Shown: positions 48,528 to 58,906 of the stretch, piece after piece
Numbering within the stretch: position 1 is the stretch's first letter
Layout of the letters: the number at the start of each line of letters is the position of its first letter
Source: Obrimoposthia wandeli
Lineage: Eukaryota
DNA: 64,000 bases
Direction of reading: 5' to 3'
NCBI GenBank assembly: GCA_977020255.1
Contig: CDROCS010001101.1
Location: 434,001 to 498,000 of the forward strand
The notes under the pieces: generated by a model
The model's input: only the letters and a program-made list of their open reading frames with translations
What the model was told of the DNA's origin: nothing
The model's database searches: none
Made by a program: the position numbers and the translations under genes

Positions 48528-48944
48528 AACTAACTCCCTTAGAAATATATAAGTCGCTAAATTATCACACAAATATCCACAATAAAACCAAAATGACAGG
48601 TGGTTGTATTTTTGTTCTAAATCAATAATGTATAATAAAAACAACAATAGTTATTGAATAAACTTTAAAGTAAAGCAGATTATTGTCGAATCAGTATATT
48701 TATATATTATTTACAAACAATATATAAATACGTTTTATCTTATAAAAACATAAGTTCTGTAAGATTTTATCATTAGTGGTTAGTTTATCCGCAAAACGCA
48801 TTAAACATTTGTTTAAATGATCAATAAAATTTCCATTAACATATTGATTATTTTAAATAAAGCAATGTGATTTTGGACTTAATTAAGTATACTTGTTATA
48901 TTAGTGTGAATTAAATTAATAATAAAGTAACACGGGGATAATGT

Positions 48945-49364
48945 ATGAAAGTAAGAGACATAATGGCAAGCAATGTAATTTGTATCAGCCATAAAGCCAG
49001 TTTAAAAGACGCACATGAACTAATGCAAACGCGTGGCGTACGTCACTTACCTGTTATCTCCGAAACTGATGGCAGTTTAGTTGGTGTGCTCACGCATAAA
49101 AAGATGATCAGTGCTGTCATGTCCATGATCAATAAATACGGTACAGATGCACTGGCGAGAAAAGAACGTGGTCAGTTAATTGAAGACTTGATGGAAACCG
49201 ATTTTCAAAAGCTAACGGAAGATGAGCCATTGAAAGTAGTGGTTGAATACTTCATTGACAATAAACTTGGCTGTCTACCGGTTATTGATAATGAAAATAA
49301 CGTGATTGGTATTCTGACTTCATCTGATTTTGTTAAATTATGTTCACACTTACTTAATCGTTAA
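48945..49364 (+). CDS. Stand-alone CBS-pair protein
   Basis: VRHLPV, LVGVLT, LGCLPV, IGILTSSD. Confidence 0.9.
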   Translation: MKVRDIMASNVICISHKASLKDAHELMQTRGVRHLPVISETDGSLVGVLTHKKMISAVMSMINKYGTDALARKERGQLIEDLMETDFQKLTEDEPLKVVVEYFIDNKLGCLPVIDNENNVIGILTSSDFVKLCSHLLNR

Positions 49365-49387
49365 TCGTTAATCGTTAATCGTTAATC
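49354..49387. repeat. (TTAATCG)x4 plus a partial copy, spanning the CBS gene stop
   Basis: Read directly from the sequence. Confidence 0.95.
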
Positions 49388-49452
49388 ACAATAGGCTGCC
49401 CTCCTTGGCCAGCCTATCACCGCTATTTACTTTTATGATGAGCCTGCAACTA

Positions 49453-50748
49453 TTACGCTTGCGTGCTACGTGAATAACGACCTGCAATTGTAGCGCCAGT
49501 CAGTGCTGTGATTGATGAAATCAACATAATGATCACCACAGGTTGTACCGCTCCCATACTAATAAACGCGGATAACGCACTCACCGTGCCACCCACTGTA
49601 TATTGCGTTGCGCCTAATACTGCCGAAGCAGATCCTGCATTACGACCAAAGCGTTTCATAAAACAAGCACTGGCATTTGATATCACCGCGCCATTAGCTG
49701 AAATCGAAATAACAAAGCCAGCGACTGTTACATATAACGCATCAGGGGCCACGATAGATGCCGTTACTAAGATAATACCACCAAGTACTTGTAAGCTTAA
49801 AAAGGCTTTTAATAATGACTCAGGTTCGAATCTCGCTAACAAAAATGAATTCGCACGGTTAACAACAACCAAACCGCAAATATTAGCAAAGAACAACAGT
49901 GAAAATTGGTGAGGTGTTTGTCCAAAAACTTCCATATACATCATAGAAGCGTTGGTTAAAAAGATCATCATGACCGAATAAGCAAAAGCTTGTGCGACCA
50001 TAAAACCTAATGCCCCTTTTTCACTAAACACCGACAACAAACCAATCTTTGCTTGAACCTCATCAGGTTTTTTATCGGCAGGATCTTCCGACAATACGAC
50101 AGCCACTTTCTTCGTCGTCTTTGGCATAAAGCGCATAACCAGAATAGCCACCAGCACCGCCATGATTGCCAGGGTATAAAAGATCCAACGCCAATCCGCT
50201 ATCGACATAATGACGGTGCCCACAGTGGGCGCTATCGACGGCGCGATCATCATAATCAGCGCGATCAATGAGAATAATTTAGCGGCTTCTTTACCACTGC
50301 ATGTATCGCGGATCGTTGCAGGTACACCGACCACGGCCATACCGCCACCGATAGCCTGTATTACACGCCAAAACCACAAGACTTCAATCTGTGTTGCCGT
50401 CGTTAACAACAGACTCGCAACTGCAAACACAGCCAAACCAGCAATCATGGCGTAACTACGACCTTTTTTATCAGACAAGGGGCCACCGATTAACTGCCCT
50501 ATCGCGAGACCAAAAATATATAAACTAACCGTAACTGACATCAACGAAATATCAACGTCCATTGCTTTTGCCATTGTCGGCATTGCCGGTAAATAACTAT
50601 CAATGGTGAATGGAGTTAATGCGAAAACAGCAGCCAAGGTTAATATTAACGTCTTACTCATTTTTCCAGCTGTGTCTTTGGTCGCATCTGTTTTACTGTC
50701 GATCGAAACCGCATTCATATTGATTGAGGGGGTATTTTGTTGTGTCAT
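49453..50748 (-). CDS. Bcr/CflA-family MFS multidrug transporter
   Basis: IDSYLPAMP, GPLSDKKGR, APSIAP. Confidence 0.9.
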   Translation of the reverse strand: MTQQNTPSINMNAVSIDSKTDATKDTAGKMSKTLILTLAAVFALTPFTIDSYLPAMPTMAKAMDVDISLMSVTVSLYIFGLAIGQLIGGPLSDKKGRSYAMIAGLAVFAVASLLLTTATQIEVLWFWRVIQAIGGGMAVVGVPATIRDTCSGKEAAKLFSLIALIMMIAPSIAPTVGTVIMSIADWRWIFYTLAIMAVLVAILVMRFMPKTTKKVAVVLSEDPADKKPDEVQAKIGLLSVFSEKGALGFMVAQAFAYSVMMIFLTNASMMYMEVFGQTPHQFSLLFFANICGLVVVNRANSFLLARFEPESLLKAFLSLQVLGGIILVTASIVAPDALYVTVAGFVISISANGAVISNASACFMKRFGRNAGSASAVLGATQYTVGGTVSALSAFISMGAVQPVVIIMLISSITALTGATIAGRYSRSTQA

Positions 50749-50763
50749 TATCTCGCCTTATTT

Positions 50764-50810
50764 TATCTTTCCGGAAAGATAGTAGCTAGACTTTAACTTT
50801 CTAGCAAGAT
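50764..50810. promoter_or_regulatory. Candidate MarR operators
   Basis: Perfect 18-bp palindrome TATCTTTCCGGAAAGATA (50764-50781) and a 12/16 copy AACTTTCTAGCAAGAT (50795-50810). Confidence 0.6.
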
Positions 50811-50870
50811 ATATTATTGATTATCTGACAAAGACAGGGATCTGTTACCCTTCACATGGAATTATAAAAC

Positions 50871-51362
50871 ATGGCAAACGACATTACTGACATAGTAAAA
50901 ATGATGGAAACTAACTGGCCTGAATGTGCTGAAACCGTTTCACCAGCATTGTTACGATTACTGCAAGTGAACAATCTATGTAGTCAGCAAATGGAAACAT
51001 TGATAGGGAGTCATGAATTACAACGTGCTGAATTTGGTGTGTTAGCGACATTAAGACGTAGCCCAATGCCCTACTGCCTATCACCAACGGCATTATATCA
51101 AGCGATGATATTCAGTTCAGGTGGGCTAACTAAGGTACTAAATCGTTTAAGCCAATCTGAGTTGATTGCTAGAATTGATAACCCGGAAGATAAACGCAGT
51201 AAATTGGTACTACTCACCAGTAAAGGCAAGCAGTTAATCGAAACTGTCATGCCCGAGTTGCACCAACAAGAAAAAAGTACTTTCAGTGTATTATCTGCAG
51301 ATGAGTTACAGCTACTCGATTCACTGATGCAACGAGTATTAGCAGGACATAACGACACTTAA
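50871..51362 (+). CDS. MarR-family regulator
   Basis: LSPTAL, SSGGLTKVLNRL, DKRSKLVLLTSKG. Confidence 0.92.
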   Translation: MANDITDIVKMMETNWPECAETVSPALLRLLQVNNLCSQQMETLIGSHELQRAEFGVLATLRRSPMPYCLSPTALYQAMIFSSGGLTKVLNRLSQSELIARIDNPEDKRSKLVLLTSKGKQLIETVMPELHQQEKSTFSVLSADELQLLDSLMQRVLAGHNDT

Positions 51363-51388
51363 CGATACTTAACGACAATAGGCGTAAC

Positions 51389-51913
51389 TTAAAAAGCATT
51401 CATCGTCATTGCTGCATTAGCATGATTTAGTACCTGTAATGCAGGCAATGATGGCATAGTTGCAGTATCGACGTTGTTTTTAACAAACAAAGACACCGGA
51501 AACTGTTTGGATGCGGCAAAATAAATCGACAGTAATTGTAAGCCATCATCCTGATGTAGAGGTTGAGCTTCTAATGCTAACGCCTCGAGTTTATCCGCAT
51601 TTTCTAACCAAGTCAGAAAACCGTTAAAATCATCTTCCAGTACTTCATCACTGGTAAAACTAATACGTAAAAAATCCAATTCAAGAAACGACCACAGCGG
51701 CTCGATTTCTGACGCATCACATATATCAACCTCGATATTAATACCATTAATACAATGGCCATAATGGCTGAGATGACTGATCTGGCTAATATCACTAGCC
51801 TGCTTGGTATTCGCTATATTAATTTTTGCGTTTGGCGTTTGCTTTAATAGGGTTTCCACTTCTTGGGTGGTTGGCACGTATTCAAACATGACTTCTCTGC
51901 GGGGCGATTCCAT
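51389..51913 (-). CDS. Acidic hypothetical protein
   Basis: 174-aa ORF; no family recognised. Confidence 0.6.
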   Translation of the reverse strand: MESPRREVMFEYVPTTQEVETLLKQTPNAKINIANTKQASDISQISHLSHYGHCINGINIEVDICDASEIEPLWSFLELDFLRISFTSDEVLEDDFNGFLTWLENADKLEALALEAQPLHQDDGLQLLSIYFAASKQFPVSLFVKNNVDTATMPSLPALQVLNHANAAMTMNAF

Positions 51914-52142
51914 TGCAATACCTTCTTATTCTTATCCATATGAACTGTATTTTATCGAGCTTGAGTATATTTATAATATTTGACGATCTAGACACTCTGT
52001 CTCATTCACTAGACTATTACATATATAAAATACGGTAAATATATCGTTTGCAAAAAACATGCGCTATACGACATAAAAATGGAAATAAAGAGGTAGTTTT
52101 GTGATACCACTTATATACGCTCTATACATAATTAATTTGAAA

Positions 52143-52745
52143 TCACTTCGCTATTTTACGTAATACTTTCTTCAACCAATTGCGCTTTTTCAATACTAAT
52201 TCAACCTTGATAATTTTCTTCAATTTTCGCGCATTGATCGTACCCGCCAATATACGGATATCTGTACTATCAACAATCTCTTCTCTGCTGATTAAAGTAA
52301 AACGAGAGTTTCGTGGTAACAAATACTCAGTAGCAACTTGCTGTTTTAACGCTTGATATTTAGCAACGCAACTGCCTTTGGGACATCTGATAACCAGATA
52401 ATAGGCATCTGTATCAGCACTTCTATGGTGCTCATTGAAATACCGTCCTAGGCAAGTATTTTTATCCAAGCCAGACAGAAAACCTTTATATTCGCCGCCT
52501 TGTAACAAAGGCTGTATACCATCACCATAACAAGCGCGATGTAGTATCACTTCCGAGGATAATTTAGCTTTTAAGGTCAGGTTATCTAGGTGCTGTAAAT
52601 GCAATTGAAAGCGTTTTGGGGTATTTTCACTGCTCTTCAATTTATGATTAAGGTCGTAAGAAAAGCTGCTGTTATTAGCCGTACCTGATTGGTAAGCTTG
52701 AAAAGATTCTTGCTCTTTTTGCGTTAAACTATGAAAAAATGTCAT
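52143..52745 (-). CDS. ADP-ribosyltransferase of the VIP2/C3 (R-S-E) type, putative
   Basis: AYQSG, YDLNHKLK, LHRA, GFLS, LVIRCPKG, TEYLLPRNSRF appear in the canonical order; RBS AGGGGG. Confidence 0.7.
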   Translation of the reverse strand: MTFFHSLTQKEQESFQAYQSGTANNSSFSYDLNHKLKSSENTPKRFQLHLQHLDNLTLKAKLSSEVILHRACYGDGIQPLLQGGEYKGFLSGLDKNTCLGRYFNEHHRSADTDAYYLVIRCPKGSCVAKYQALKQQVATEYLLPRNSRFTLISREEIVDSTDIRILAGTINARKLKKIIKVELVLKKRNWLKKVLRKIAK

Positions 52746-52964
52746 CCTGCCCCCTAAGCTAAAATTAAATATTCAGCCTCGGAGTATTACAGTATTGAAT
52801 TTTAAGCACTATATCGTTTTTGTTAAAATAATGCTAAATGATATATTTTACAAAATAAAATAGATATTTATTAACATGCTTAACAAATACCTATTTAGAG
52901 ATGGTTAATATAGCCTAATTCGACATAGCTCGAAATAAAATAGGATAGGATAGAATCGAATAAA

Positions 52965-53966
52965 CTAAAGTGATGAACCGCCGTGTAAGATCTGTTCCAT
53001 GACCCAACTTGTGTGTAACGCGGTTTTACCACTGGATGGATGTGCGACATCATTAACTAGCTGCTCACGTATATTGGCAACATGATGTAATTGAATATTT
53101 TCGGGATTAGCGATGACGAATTCTTGGCGTTGACTTAAGGTTTGTAAAACGATCTCCGCTTCGTCAAACACTGAAAAGCTTATTTCGCCTTTACTGCCCG
53201 TGATAACAACACGGTCTTCGCGTGTGCAGCCGCCAAAATTCCAACTACCGATACCCGTCACGCCACTTTTATGCTGCCAGCATGCGGTTACCGCATCTAA
53301 CGATGAATACAGGCCCTGCTGATTGGTTCCTAGGCCTTTAACAATATCAAAGTCACCGAGTAAATAAGCAAACAAATCGAGGCCATGGCTAGCAAGATCA
53401 TCAAAATAGCCACCAGCAGCAACATCTTTATCTGTACGCCAGTTAAACTCGCCCGATAAGTCTAATGCATTAGCGGGTTTATTCAGAAATGCATTAATGG
53501 TTCTGACTTGGCCAATTTCACCAGACTCAAGTAACGCTTTTACTTTGTTAAAGCGTGGTAATGAACGACGGTAATAAGCTACAAACAGCGGTAATCCCTG
53601 GGCTTCAAAGGCATCCACTATTGCTAGGCTATCGGCGTAACTCGGCGCTAGCGGTTTTTCAATACAACAAGGCTTACCTGCGGCTGCAACTTGTAAGGCA
53701 TAAAATTTATGACTGTCGGGTGGTGTGGCGATATACACAGCATCAATATTATCGTTGTTAATAATATCTGCCGCGTCAGAAGAATAGGCTTTCACCTGGT
53801 GGCGTAACGCGTAGTCTGCAGCAAGTTCAAGATCACGGCGCATAACTGCGGAAAGTTCGAAACCCGCTGTTTTTTGATAGGCAGGGCCACTTTTTAGTTC
53901 TGTTACCGAACCGCAACCAATAATACCCCAGCGAATAGGTGCTGACTCCACGCTCTTGTTCTGCAT
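52965..53966 (-). CDS. Gfo/Idh/MocA oxidoreductase
   Basis: WGIIGCG, YIATPPDSH, CIEKP. Confidence 0.92.
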   Translation of the reverse strand: MQNKSVESAPIRWGIIGCGSVTELKSGPAYQKTAGFELSAVMRRDLELAADYALRHQVKAYSSDAADIINNDNIDAVYIATPPDSHKFYALQVAAAGKPCCIEKPLAPSYADSLAIVDAFEAQGLPLFVAYYRRSLPRFNKVKALLESGEIGQVRTINAFLNKPANALDLSGEFNWRTDKDVAAGGYFDDLASHGLDLFAYLLGDFDIVKGLGTNQQGLYSSLDAVTACWQHKSGVTGIGSWNFGGCTREDRVVITGSKGEISFSVFDEAEIVLQTLSQRQEFVIANPENIQLHHVANIREQLVNDVAHPSSGKTALHTSWVMEQILHGGSSL

Positions 53967-54103
53967 AATCTATCCATTACATCAAATGATAAAAACCAAA
54001 TCGTAATATAGGTGATTAATATAGATAAGAAAAGCACATACACGTGAAAGAAACGGATATAGAAAGAAAAATATAATATGGGAGATTGATTTATAATTTG
54101 GAC

Positions 54104-54147
54104 GTTGAAATATTGAATGTTGAATGTTGAATGTTGAATGTTGAAAT
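54104..54147. repeat. (TTGAATG)x4 flanked by GTTGAAAT
   Basis: Read directly from the sequence. Confidence 0.95.
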
Positions 54148-54211
54148 AGGCTGCACACATACGTTCATGCATACAACCTCAGCGCTGTTACTCAGGACTG
54201 CTTATAAAACG

Positions 54212-54931
54212 TTAAACAGTTAATGTCTGTAAACGTTTCAATGCAGCGTCAACACCAACATCAATTTGCTTGGTGCCAGCCAGATAACGTTCGCGGAAAA
54301 CATCAAACCAGCAAGATAGAATGTCTGCATTTAATGCTTCACCATGATGCCCTAATACCAATGACGCTACTTCTGCAGTCGCCAGTTGATTTTCTTTCGA
54401 AGCCTTACGGATCTGATACTGTGAAACCTTATCAGGATCAAATGAGATCACCGGGATATCTTGCAACCAAGGGCTCTTCTTAAACATCTTCTTCGCTTCG
54501 CGCCAGCTACCATCCAATAAGATATATAACGGACGTTTACCCGGCTCAAGCGTTAACGCTCCGGTTTGTACTCTCTCACGCTCCAGTACGTACTCTTCAG
54601 GGAAGATAACGAAGGGCTGCCAGCAATCGGTATTGATAATGTCGATCATCTCTTGATTAGGCTCTGTACGTGACCATTGATAGGCAAACGTGTCTTCAAT
54701 AACATCGGCGATCAAACGGCCGGTATTACTAGGCTTAATCATTTCATAATCAAACATCACCAGCATGAAACCAGCTGTAGACTTAACCAGTGGGCTATGA
54801 TCACAAATACAGAATTGTTTGCCAAGCATGCAATATTCACAACGAATTAATTTGCCACCACGGGCCAGAAAAGGTTTGGTGCTGTCAGCGAGACGTTTTA
54901 TTGCTAAACGATGGACATTATGAATGCGCAT
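54212..54931 (-). CDS. tapT: DTW-domain tRNA-uridine aminocarboxypropyltransferase (YfiP-like)
   Basis: CEYCMLGKQFCIC, KPSNTGRL, LDGSW, ATAE. Confidence 0.82.
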   Translation of the reverse strand: MRIHNVHRLAIKRLADSTKPFLARGGKLIRCEYCMLGKQFCICDHSPLVKSTAGFMLVMFDYEMIKPSNTGRLIADVIEDTFAYQWSRTEPNQEMIDIINTDCWQPFVIFPEEYVLERERVQTGALTLEPGKRPLYILLDGSWREAKKMFKKSPWLQDIPVISFDPDKVSQYQIRKASKENQLATAEVASLVLGHHGEALNADILSCWFDVFRERYLAGTKQIDVGVDAALKRLQTLTV

Positions 54932-54977
54932 TAAAGGGATACCAGGTTAAAATAATTGCTAAATTGCAGATAAAAAA

Positions 54978-55036
54978 ATGACCTAGTACCAAGTCCTATC
55001 ACCACCGTCGTGGGACAATACTTGCTACTAGGTCAT
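54978..55036 (-). terminator. Long hairpin terminator
   Basis: ATGACCTAGTA...TACTAGGTCAT with inner stems and a T-run on the minus strand. Confidence 0.6.
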
Positions 55037-55066
55037 TGACATAATTAGGTACGCGTCAAGCGTTAC

Positions 55067-55666
55067 TTAATTATGGTGCTTACGATCTTCCAATTCAGAC
55101 TTAGTCGCTCGAACCTGACGCATAAAGAAATTAGCCATAGATGCAGCAGCAGGTTTCTTTTCTGGCGCTGGTACTTTTGACGTAATTACACGCGGTTTTG
55201 GTGGCGCAACAGGAGCCGCAGCAACAACAGGTCTTGCAACTTCAGGCTTAATAGCTGATGTTGCAGTCGCATGTACAGGGCGAACCTGATTCGTCGCAAA
55301 TTGTGACGATGTTACATGCTGTCTTTGTTGTATTTGCTGTGCTTGTTGTTGCAATCCATGCCCTTCCGCTTGCGGACGAGTTCTGATCACTTCTATCGAG
55401 TAAAGTTTACTTGAGATAGAATTTGTAGACTGTGAAACTTGTTCACGACGTAAACGTTCACCCGTCGATTTGAATTCTTGGTATTGTACTGCTAACCAAT
55501 TCTTCAAATGCATTAACATACCCGCTTCAACTAATTCGAGACAAGTTCTGTTATTGTACTCGACTAGTTTAGTTTCTGAAAAATATGTCTTGGCTTCTGC
55601 TTCTGAGCCGATGCGTTCGACTAGTTCGAACCATGTTGATAAACCTAAAACTGTGTAATGACTCAT
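55067..55666 (-). CDS. Hypothetical protein with a Q/A/P-rich low-complexity C-terminal half
   Basis: 199-aa ORF with RBS AAGGTAG and a downstream terminator. Confidence 0.7.
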   Translation of the reverse strand: MSHYTVLGLSTWFELVERIGSEAEAKTYFSETKLVEYNNRTCLELVEAGMLMHLKNWLAVQYQEFKSTGERLRREQVSQSTNSISSKLYSIEVIRTRPQAEGHGLQQQAQQIQQRQHVTSSQFATNQVRPVHATATSAIKPEVARPVVAAAPVAPPKPRVITSKVPAPEKKPAAASMANFFMRQVRATKSELEDRKHHN

Positions 55667-56087
55667 TGTCTACCTTGCAGATAACCGGCTACATTTTAGT
55701 AGCTTTCTGTAAAAATTAGGAGGCGGATTCTATACCTTTGTAGCCGAAATTAAAAGCATATTTACGAAAAAAACCTAAAAAGAATGTGTTAACTCATAAA
55801 TATGCACTTTCAACTTCATTTAGACTAGACTAAATTAAATTTTTAGTGTTGCAAGTGATCAAAAAAATAACATTATTTTTTTGCCTTACTGACACGCATA
55901 AATGAGTAAGGCTATTTCAACCCTGTTTTTCAACGTAAATTGCGAATGGAGAATGGTGACTCTTAAATAGAGAGTAATAGAAAATAATAGACAGTATTGA
56001 GTATAAAATAGAGGATCTTGATTGCGATTTAATATTGCTAATGTAAAATCCTGCCAACTAAATGCGTATCTATAAGGAAATACCTAT

Positions 56088-56804
56088 ATGTCTGATTGTC
56101 TATCCCCCCTTACTCCGCAACAGTACGCTGTTGAAGTATATATAGGTCAAGTTAAGCAAAGTTATGGTTTCATGACGGCTATTGATAAGCAGTCTGTGAG
56201 CAACAGTATCTACCTTTCTGTGCATGGGCTTAAAGATGACGAGACTGCCGATGAAAAATACCACGGTGGCCTTGAGCGTGCTTTACACCAATACCCTGCC
56301 GAGCATTACACATTTTGGCAGCAAGCATTTACAGATAGAACAGACAAGCAACCTCTATTTTCAGCACCAGGTATGGGCGAAAATATAAGTGCGTTAGGCA
56401 TGACGGAAGAAAATGTTTGTATTGGCGATCAATACCAATGGGGCGAGGCAATTATCGAAGTAAGCCAACCTCGCCTGCCGTGTTTTAATCTTAATACCCG
56501 TTGGGATGTCGCGGACATTTCAGTACAGATGCAAGATCTCAGCCTTTGTGGCTGGTTATATCGTGTGATCAAGCCGGGTATGGTGAATCAAGGTGATGCA
56601 CTCATCCACATTAAACGTTTAGCGCCTGCGACAACGGTGAAACAAGTCTGTGAACTGTTCTTCAATGCACCATTGAACAACGAGAACCTAACAACCTTGA
56701 TTGAAATGCCTGCGTTGTCACCGTACTGGGGCGAAACAGCTAAGACGCGATTAGCCACCAATACGGTAGAGAATTGGAACTTTAGATTATTAGATCACGC
56801 TTAA
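56088..56804 (+). CDS. MOSC-domain protein (YiiM-like)
   Basis: HGGLERALHQY, GENIS, SQPRLPCFNL, GWLYRV. Confidence 0.9.
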   Translation: MSDCLSPLTPQQYAVEVYIGQVKQSYGFMTAIDKQSVSNSIYLSVHGLKDDETADEKYHGGLERALHQYPAEHYTFWQQAFTDRTDKQPLFSAPGMGENISALGMTEENVCIGDQYQWGEAIIEVSQPRLPCFNLNTRWDVADISVQMQDLSLCGWLYRVIKPGMVNQGDALIHIKRLAPATTVKQVCELFFNAPLNNENLTTLIEMPALSPYWGETAKTRLATNTVENWNFRLLDHA

Positions 56805-56838
56805 TCACGCGTTATCACTACTCATTTATGTCAGCAAG

Positions 56839-56991
56839 CTATGAAGCATCCACTTTTAATAATTCCATGACCATTAATTTTCGGATCACGCTGACATACA
56901 TGACATTAATACCTGCTAATTTTGCGACTGCTGTTAAGGCGTGGCCTTCACGTAATAATTGTACTGTGTGCTCTACTTGTTCTTTTTTCAT
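56839..56991 (-). CDS. 50-aa HTH-like small protein (start reassigned to MKKEQ)
   Basis: RBS AGGAAA; LLREGHALTAVAKLAGINVMYV HTH-like pattern. Confidence 0.6.
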   Translation of the reverse strand: MKKEQVEHTVQLLREGHALTAVAKLAGINVMYVSVIRKLMVMELLKVDAS

Positions 56992-57357
56992 TATATTTCC
57001 TAACTCGGTTACAACTAAACTAGATAAAATATGGTTATATAAAATTTCACATAGAACCATACATTGCTTTATCAAATGACATTGCCGACTAATATAAAGA
57101 CCAATTGAAAATTAAACTGTCCACTATGGGACACTTGTATTCAGTTTTTATAAACTATGTAAAATAACAACAGATAAAAAGTGCATGAATAGCGTTAAAA
57201 TAACCACCAACATTGACCGTTAGCACTTGCCATAGTTCCACGCTTAGCTTACCCTCTGACTATCGTTTAACAGTATATTTTATGATTTTTAAAGACATTA
57301 AATATCACCGAAAAACAACCACCCAATTAGATAAAATGAATAAGAACAAGGCGTAGT

Positions 57358-58800
57358 ATGGATAACAATTCTAATAAAGCAGCTGCTGACCAAGCCACTT
57401 TTTACTGGCACGATTACGAGACTTTTGGGTTAAGCCCATCGCTTGATCGCCCTTCTCAATTTGCTGGTATTCGCACCGACATGGACTTTAACGTGATCGG
57501 CGAACCCGATATGTTTTATTGCCGTCAATCTGATGATTACCTGCCTTCGCCAGAAGCTGCCATGATCACGGGTATTACGCCACAAAAGACCCAAGCAGAA
57601 GGTGTCACTGAAGCTGAATTCAGTAAACGTATTGAAGCCCAGTTCAGCCAGAAAAATACCTGTATTATCGGTTACAACAACATTCGCTTTGATGATGAAG
57701 TCACACGTAATATCTTTTATCGTAACTTCCACGACCCGTATGCACATACGTGGAAAGACGGTAACTCTCGTTGGGATATCATCGACTTAATGCGCGCTTG
57801 TTATGCATTGCGCCCAGAAGGCATTGTATGGCCAGAAAACGATGATGGCCTGCCAAGCATGCGTCTTGAACTGTTAACCAAAGCCAATGGTATCGAACAT
57901 GCCAACGCCCACGATGCAACATCAGACGTGTACGCGACGATTGCTATGGCCAAACTGGTTAAAGATAAACAGCCAAAATTATTCGATTTCTTATTTAACC
58001 TACGTAACAAGCGTAAAGTTGAATCATTGATTGATATCATCAACATGACACCATTAGTACACGTAAGTGGCATGTTTGGTGCCGATCGCGGCTTTACAAG
58101 TTGGGTTGTGCCACTGGCTTGGCATCCAACTAACAATAACGCCGTGATCGTAGCTGACTTAGCACAAGACATTACGCCGTTATTAGAACTAAGCTCTGAT
58201 GAACTACGTGAGCGTCTGTATACGCCAAGAAAAGAACTCGGTGACTTAGCCCCTATCCCACTGAAACTTATTCATATCAATAAGTGCCCAGTGCTAGCGC
58301 CAGCTAAAACATTATTACCTGAAAATGCAGAACGCTTAGGCATAGATCGTAACGCCTGTTTAGCCAACCTAAAACGCTTGAAAGAAAGCAAAGTACTACG
58401 TGAAAATGTGGTAGGTGTGTATCAGGTAGAACGTGAATATCCAAAAACGAACAATGTTGATGCGATGATTTATGATGGTTTCTTTAGCGCAGGTGATAAA
58501 GCTAACTTTGAGATCTTACGTGAAACCGCACCAGAGCAATTAGCTGGACTCAAGCTTAAAATCAGTGATGAACGTTTTAACGAATTGTTCTTCCGTTATC
58601 GCGCACGTAACTTCCCGCATTTACTGTCAATGCCAGAGCAACAAAAGTGGCTTAATCATTGCCGTACCGTGCTAGAAGACAGCGCACCGGCTTACTTTGC
58701 CCGCTTAGATGCTCTCGCCATTGAAAATAGCCATGACGAACGTAAGATGAAACTGTTACAACAATTGTATCTCTACGGTCAGAAGATCATTGGTGCCTAA
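57358..58800 (+). CDS. sbcB: Exodeoxyribonuclease I
   Basis: WHDYETFG, GYNNIRFDDE, AHDATSDV, INKCP. Confidence 0.97.
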   Translation: MDNNSNKAAADQATFYWHDYETFGLSPSLDRPSQFAGIRTDMDFNVIGEPDMFYCRQSDDYLPSPEAAMITGITPQKTQAEGVTEAEFSKRIEAQFSQKNTCIIGYNNIRFDDEVTRNIFYRNFHDPYAHTWKDGNSRWDIIDLMRACYALRPEGIVWPENDDGLPSMRLELLTKANGIEHANAHDATSDVYATIAMAKLVKDKQPKLFDFLFNLRNKRKVESLIDIINMTPLVHVSGMFGADRGFTSWVVPLAWHPTNNNAVIVADLAQDITPLLELSSDELRERLYTPRKELGDLAPIPLKLIHINKCPVLAPAKTLLPENAERLGIDRNACLANLKRLKESKVLRENVVGVYQVEREYPKTNNVDAMIYDGFFSAGDKANFEILRETAPEQLAGLKLKISDERFNELFFRYRARNFPHLLSMPEQQKWLNHCRTVLEDSAPAYFARLDALAIENSHDERKMKLLQQLYLYGQKIIGA

Positions 58801-58837
58801 CGATAGATGTAGACAATAGATGTAGAAAGTAGATGAA

Positions 58838-58885
58838 AAAAAAGCCTGTTAGTCACTTTTAATAAGTTAACTAACAGGCTTTTTT
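58838..58885. terminator. Bidirectional terminator between sbcB and asmA
   Basis: AAAAAAGCCTGTTAG...CTAACAGGCTTTTTT. Confidence 0.8.
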
Positions 58886-58906
58886 ATTGTAACGAACAGT
58901 TAAATA

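Noticed and set aside
57008-57015. Ter site suggested by GTTACAAC
   Set aside because: The flanking conserved Ter positions do not match.
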